Assembly (NCBI GenBank): GCA_030141605.1
Contig: JAQGDQ010000107.1
Coordinates: 370,265 to 434,264 of the forward strand
From: Tubiluchus corallicola
Lineage: Eukaryota; Animalia; Priapulida
Length of the DNA: 64,000 nucleotides
Reading direction: 5' to 3'
The position numbers were made by a program, and so were the translations under genes. The notes below the pieces were generated by a model. It made no database searches. It had not been told where the DNA came from and saw only the letters and a list, made by a program, of their open reading frames with translations. Positions 58,530 to 64,000 of the stretch are shown here, one piece after another; position 1 is the stretch's first letter, and every line of letters begins with the position of its first letter.

Positions 58530-58920
58530 CGGTCTGCATATCGGTAGCTTTGATTTTAATAGAGCACAAATTTTGCATGTATAAATCTAGAAAAAACATC
58601 ATAAAAGACAGTATTGTTGGATCTGCCTTAATTTTAAAAATTCTAACTTGACTTAATCAAAATCAGTCTTATTCCACGGAACATCTTCTTGACAAAATAA
58701 ATTACATACATTCTTTAATTAACCATTAATAATAGTTTTATGTTATTTTTATGTGATTATTGTATCCATAGCTACTCGCAATTGTGCCATAACGTTTTTG
58801 TTTAGTTTAGAACTTTTCAAGTTATTAACTGAAGATGACTGTTAGCGTGCAGTGGAAACATTGATTTTCTTAAGGAAACGTTATAAAACTTGTTATGTAT
58901 TTCATATTTTTCAAACAAAC
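58530..58920 (+). mobile_element. Degraded Penelope-like element 3' end with hammerhead-like motif
   Basis: SFDFNRAQILH..KR..IVGSALI resembles a GIY-YIG C-terminus; CTGAAGA-stem-GAAAC at 58829-58859. Confidence 0.55.
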
Positions 58921-59269
58921 GCTGTTCTTGTTATTAACAATTGCAAAACTCTATCCCTTTCTGGGATGTAAGGATTGAACTATTTGGGTAAAACACATCT
59001 ACCGGCTCAATACCTTGACTCAGAGGAAATTATCTCCGAAAATTAGCTAGATTCCGGTTACACCACAACCATTTAAATAACCCTTCTTGTTAAGTAAAAT
59101 AATTTAGCAAACTGTTTGATTTCTCTTAATACTTTTGTACTGTTTGCATTGTAAGCCACCAGAAATGCAAAACATTTCATACGTTTTCATTTAAAATTCA
59201 TTCTGGTGCATTTTATAGTTCACAAGCCATTTCAAAAACTTACAAGCAAAAATGTAATTAGCTACTACA

Positions 59270-59573
59270 GGTTTCACATGTCAAATGTAGACCTTTGTTA
59301 AGTTAAATGTAGATTTAGGTAATTCAAATGTGTCTTGGTAACTCAAATGTAGACTTAGGCAATTCAAATGTGTTAACAATGGTTTTCAAGAAATCTTAAG
59401 CGTTTTTGGTAAGTCAAATGTAGACACATGTCAAGTCAAATGTCCTATGTCTACATTTGACTTACCTAAGTCGCATTTGAGTTACCAAAACACATTCGAA
59501 ATTCCTATGTCTACATTTGACTTACCTAAGTCGCATTTGAACTTTCCTGTGTCTACATTTGACGTGTAAAACC
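59270..59573. mobile_element. MITE family A, internally deleted copy
   Basis: Both ends of 13663-14438 joined without the central region. Confidence 0.85.
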
Positions 59574-59699
59574 TATATACATATATATTATTACGAACTC
59601 AATGCACTTTCAACCGCTTGGCTCTGGCTGCTAGCAGCAGGTCTGCCTGTGTCAAGTCTACCGATATTGTATTAATTGTTACGTATATACATAGTACAT

Positions 59700-60030
59700 T
59701 CTACAGCTGTAACTTGAATCATTTACATCCAAATTATTTAGCTTAGATGTAATATTGCACACACGATTATGAATCATTTAGTGTACGCAGATGACGTGTT
59801 TTTATTAACGACGACTACTACAGCATATCAGCGCATACTTGAAGTCTGTTTCTTATGTTGACAATTCTGATATAAAGATAAATGTAGGAAAGGCTAAATT
59901 AATGTCGATCAGCTCATATTAAATGCAAGCTTTGATTATGGTAAACTTAAACTCAAAAATAAGCATTTGAATAGCGGTAACGCAGAAAAATATTTGGACA
60001 TAATCTTGACATAATTAATCAATGATTTTT
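59700..60030 (+). mobile_element. Degraded non-LTR reverse transcriptase fragment
   Basis: CNIAHTIMNHLVYADDVFLL (YADD at 59784-59795); stops and frameshifts nearby. Confidence 0.7.
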
Positions 60031-60045
60031 GTGTTTGATGAAATG

Positions 60046-60222
60046 TGCAGCTGTGCAATTAAATTTCATATGCAGCTGTGAAATTAAATTTCGTGTGCAG
60101 CTGTGCAATTAAATTTCATATGCAGCTGTGCAATTAAATTTCATATGCAGTTGTGCAATTAAATTTCATATGCAGCTGTGCAATTAAATTTCGTATGCAG
60201 CTGTGCAATTAAATTTCGTATG
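60046..60222. repeat. 25-bp minisatellite, ~7 copies
   Basis: Unit tgcagctgtgcaattaaatttcata. Confidence 0.93.
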
Positions 60223-61181
60223 CGCCAGCAGTAACGTTTTCAATCAGATCACCTAGAATTAGTACATCTATTTAAAGTCCGTTCCCTATCTGGCACACGT
60301 TAATTGTCTGGAGAAGCAGTGGGCTTCACTTGTGTGATTTATCATGGATGAAGCACTCGGTTATCTTCTTTGCCGTCTGAATCCCCACCAGTGTACGTCA
60401 CCGCTTCCCAGATTACTGTCAAGGCCAATATCGACGAATGGTGGTTAATTGCCAGCAATTTTCCTTTTCTTCGAGAATAAGTAATGGAATTTGCTGCTCT
60501 TTAGAAAACTCACTGCCCAGCCAGTCGATAAGATACGTTGTGTAGAGCGTTGAAAATACCTAGCCGCAATTACTGCCCCTTCTCCCATCGTTGTCGTCGC
60601 TATCGTCGTCATCATCATTGTGCTTGTAAAAAAATCTGCGTAAAATTGAGCAAATTCTGCGTAACAATGTCCATTTTGGTTACTGTTACGCCGCATAATT
60701 AATTTTACTCGTTCGTAAGCCGTTATAATCATCATCATCGTCGTGGTCATCGTTGTCGTGGTCATCGTCGTCATCATAAACGTCGTCGTCGTCATCATCG
60801 TCATCATCATCATCATCGTCGTCGTCATCATCATCGTCGTCATCATCATCATCATCATCGTCGTCGTCGTCGTCGTCGTCATATTATAAAACATGACAGC
60901 ATGTAGGGCTTGACATGACTTGCACATATACTAAGAACTTCGTTACCTATCCAGCAAACTTCAGTAATGTACATATGCTTCTTTAGACCGGTATTCAACT
61001 TTTCTTTCAACTTTTAGACCGGTATTCCCTTCAAATTTTTGAGTTTCTTTCCATTCACGGTTTTTTGGCATCATTGTTGCTTTACTGCCAAGTACGTTGT
61101 GCTATGCGGGACAAAAAAGTTGTAATAATAATCACATTGTAATTTATATGCTATGGTGTGTTGAAATTTGCAGTGGATTAA

Positions 61182-61731
61182 AGGAAAACCGGATGATTGT
61201 GTAAACACAAGTTCAGAGTAAAGAATGCTCTAAAATATTGAAAACTACAATAGCTTATTTTAAATCAAAGCTCAGATTAAATAATAATTACCTCGGATAC
61301 TCAAATTTCGTTAAATTTTCAAAGCTACGCGCAGCTCAGTGAATCTATTAAGATTGGCAGCGGCGCCTTTTTGTCATATTTGCGTGGCCGACAAATAGAA
61401 GACGGTATCGTGATAACCATGATCATGAACTGCAGTGTTAGTTTCATTACGTCGTATGACGTAGACCTCATTTTTCGTGACATCATGCGTTTAAACAGTA
61501 CAGTAACACCTATGCAAATGTGCTTGACACGCTAGGGAAGTCGCCTGCCATTGCACAAACTGTGGTTAGTTTCTGACGTAAGCAATAGCTGTGTTCGGTT
61601 GCCGTTAATTAACTTTCTAAGCTAATTATGCAAATATAAGAAACAATTGTTAGCTTTTATAGGCAAGAAAATGTATATTTTGGACAGTAAATTAAAATGA
61701 GATTGAGTCTAAACAATCATCCGGTCTTCCT
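61182..61731. mobile_element. Kolobok-like MITE family B copy
   Basis: TTAA|AGGAAAACCGGATGATTGT ... ACAATCATCCGGTCTTCCT|TTAA; homologous to 23827-24379. Confidence 0.87.
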
Positions 61732-62239
61732 TTAAAGAGAGCTGATCTTTGGTCTGATTGTAGGTTATATACGTGCTTTCTGTACCGTCCAAGAGTCCCA
61801 ATAAGGCATTTCTAGTTCACAGACTAAGCAAATAAGTATGTACATTGAACACATTGAACACGTCTAATTAACAGAGATGGAGATGCATTTATCAAATGTT
61901 GTCCCTAAGAATGGCGTTATTTGTACCGTAATGTACATATGGTTATCTAGACCGTATCTGCGGCAGATGTTTTTAGTTCAGTGGGTGAATGATTGCGGGA
62001 ATCTGACATGAAGCCATGCTCATCGCGCTGGGTAGCCATCAGGGATATGTTTCGCGCCTCCGCGGCTGTCAGGAATACATTTGCTTCCCTAAACTGGGAC
62101 AAGTCGGAAATTGAAATAAATCACTGAAGCGCTGAGGGTTTTAAATATAGACGGCGTGACCGCCATCTTGCGATAAGTTTGTTTATGTTAAAGATTAGCT
62201 ACGTAGTTTTTCCAGACTACGAGGTCTGTGATTCATTCC

Positions 62240-62465
62240 CTCATTCATTAATTCATTCACTCACTCACTTACTCATTCATTCATTCATTCATTCATTCAT
62301 TCATTCATTCATTCATTCATTCATTCATTCATTCATTCATTCATTCATTCATTCATTCATTCATTCATTCATTCATTCATTCATTCATTCATTCATTCAT
62401 TCATTCATTCATTCATTCATTCATTCATTCATTCATTCATTCATTCACTCACTCATTCATTCACT
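62240..62465. repeat. (TTCA)n microsatellite
   Basis: Seen directly. Confidence 0.95.
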
Positions 62466-63102
62466 CATTTTTGCTTCGTTCACTCTTTTGTTTGTTTGAT
62501 CATTAATTCCTTCACTCACTTGCAATAAAGCATTTATTTATTTACTTATTTACAGTTTGTTTAGTTTTCAGGCATTGAATGTTATAATGTATACTAACTT
62601 TAGCTTAATAACATTCGTTTCTTTCTAATCTAGTAAATTCGCTTTGTTTGAAGTTATATTTCTTGTTTGTTTGTTAGTTTGTCTGTTTTTCTTTTCCAAA
62701 TATATAACGCTAAAATTAAGCAAAAATTTTTCAGTATTACGAATAATAATTTTGGTATAACAATGTCCCGTCCGGGTCACAATAACTGGCTTGGCTATTT
62801 CTTTCCTGTAAATAAAGTTTAGCATACAGTACAAATTTTAGCATGCACTAACAAACCGCATTTTTAAAAAAATTGTAATTTGAAAGTTAAATTTCAGTCT
62901 AGTGCATATATGTAACAGCCTATATTTAACTGTAATATATATTTTGTCTTAAATTTTTGGCACAGTAGTTTTTAGTTTGCAATGGACGCATTTACCTTTA
63001 ACAGTTGTGTGAATTTTATTCTCACGCTGCGATGTTCTTATATGTTTTTATGCTTATGAATATCAATTTTTTTAATGGCAAATAAAGATTATTATACGTA
63101 TA

Positions 63103-63153
<51 letters not shown>

Positions 63154-63238
63154 GATACCTTACAGTGTGAACAATGTAGAGGAAATGTGCAGTCAACTGC
63201 ACTGATATATATATATATATATACGTTATATATATATT

Positions 63239-63600
63239 CGCATGCCAGACAACCGCATACCAAAGGAGATGCTTTATGGAGAACTTGTGTCTGGACAGAG
63301 AAAGGTTGGACGACCAAAGAAACGTTAAAAGACAGCCTGAAAGCCTCACTCAAGGAGCTCAGCATGGATGTCCGCTCAATGGAAACCCTTGCACAAGATC
63401 GCTCAGCATGGAGGAGTGCCATCACCACAGGGGCTACGACAGCAGAGGCGAAAAGAATTGAGGAGGCAGAGGAAAAGCGCAGGAGACGCAAGGCATGTGA
63501 CACTGCCCAATAACAGGTCCAAACACCCAGCCTCACCTGTGCCAAATGCCAAAGAAGTTTCCAGGCCAGAATTGGAAATTCTCATCGAGCTCCTCAAAGG
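63239..63600 (+). mobile_element. RTE-BovB-like LINE C-terminal fragment
   Basis: RMPDNRIPKEMLYGELVSGQRKVGRPKKR, frameshift, KDSLKASLK...AQDRSAWRSAI...CAKCQRSFQARIG. Confidence 0.85.
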
Positions 63601-64000
63601 AATGACAACCCCCCAAACTGACCTTTCATCCCTATATATATATCTGCACTTTTGCCTGCACACTTACACGATGAGGATTCATGTTTTGGTTTTAAAAACT
63701 GCCTACTAAGTATTGAAGTGATAATTAGCAAATAGAAGCGCACACTTGCATTCTTTTCAGTTCAAGAACAAAAACAGAAGTAGGACTTTACGCAAATATT
63801 TCGATATTGATTTTTAACATTAGACTCATTAAATGACATACCTCCAGGACCCACTTCATTTCTTTGAGGAGATAACTTTGGCAGTTCTATTGATGGAGAT
63901 TCAAGATCAAATGCAGCATCTTCCAGACTCATGTCAGCAATTTGTTCCAAGAAACAATGAAGCTAACAATAAATTAATGCCAAACTGCAATTTAGAAAAT

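Noticed and set aside
63762-63950. 62-aa minus-strand ORF as a gene exon
   Set aside because: Short, at the window edge, and at most weakly similar to a LINE EN-RT linker; cannot be supported.

Overview
AT-rich, repeat-dense genomic DNA from an invertebrate animal (spliceosomal GT-AG introns, LINEs, SINEs, MITEs and satellites; no prokaryotic features). There are two host genes, both on the + strand. (1) The 3' ten exons (63-30486) of a ROCO-family GTPase that resembles MFHAS1/MASL1 (Roc-COR, no downstream kinase). I reconstructed it by hand with consistent splice phases, giving 698 aa in the window. It ends in an unexpected ~200-aa tail with an AKAP-like amphipathic helix and a basic CaaX box (RSRSRSKLCMLL*). 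(2) The large first coding exon (37639-38750) of a Shal/Kv4 potassium channel, followed by an intron of more than 25 kb. The introns carry a 5S rRNA-headed SINE with RTE-derived body and tail (five copies or fragments), a tRNA-derived SINE, hAT-like and Kolobok-like MITEs, RTE, L2/CR1 and Penelope remnants, seven minisatellites and many microsatellites. Most long ORFs in the supplied track are repeat artefacts. Family assignments come from motif recognition and recall, not database searches.
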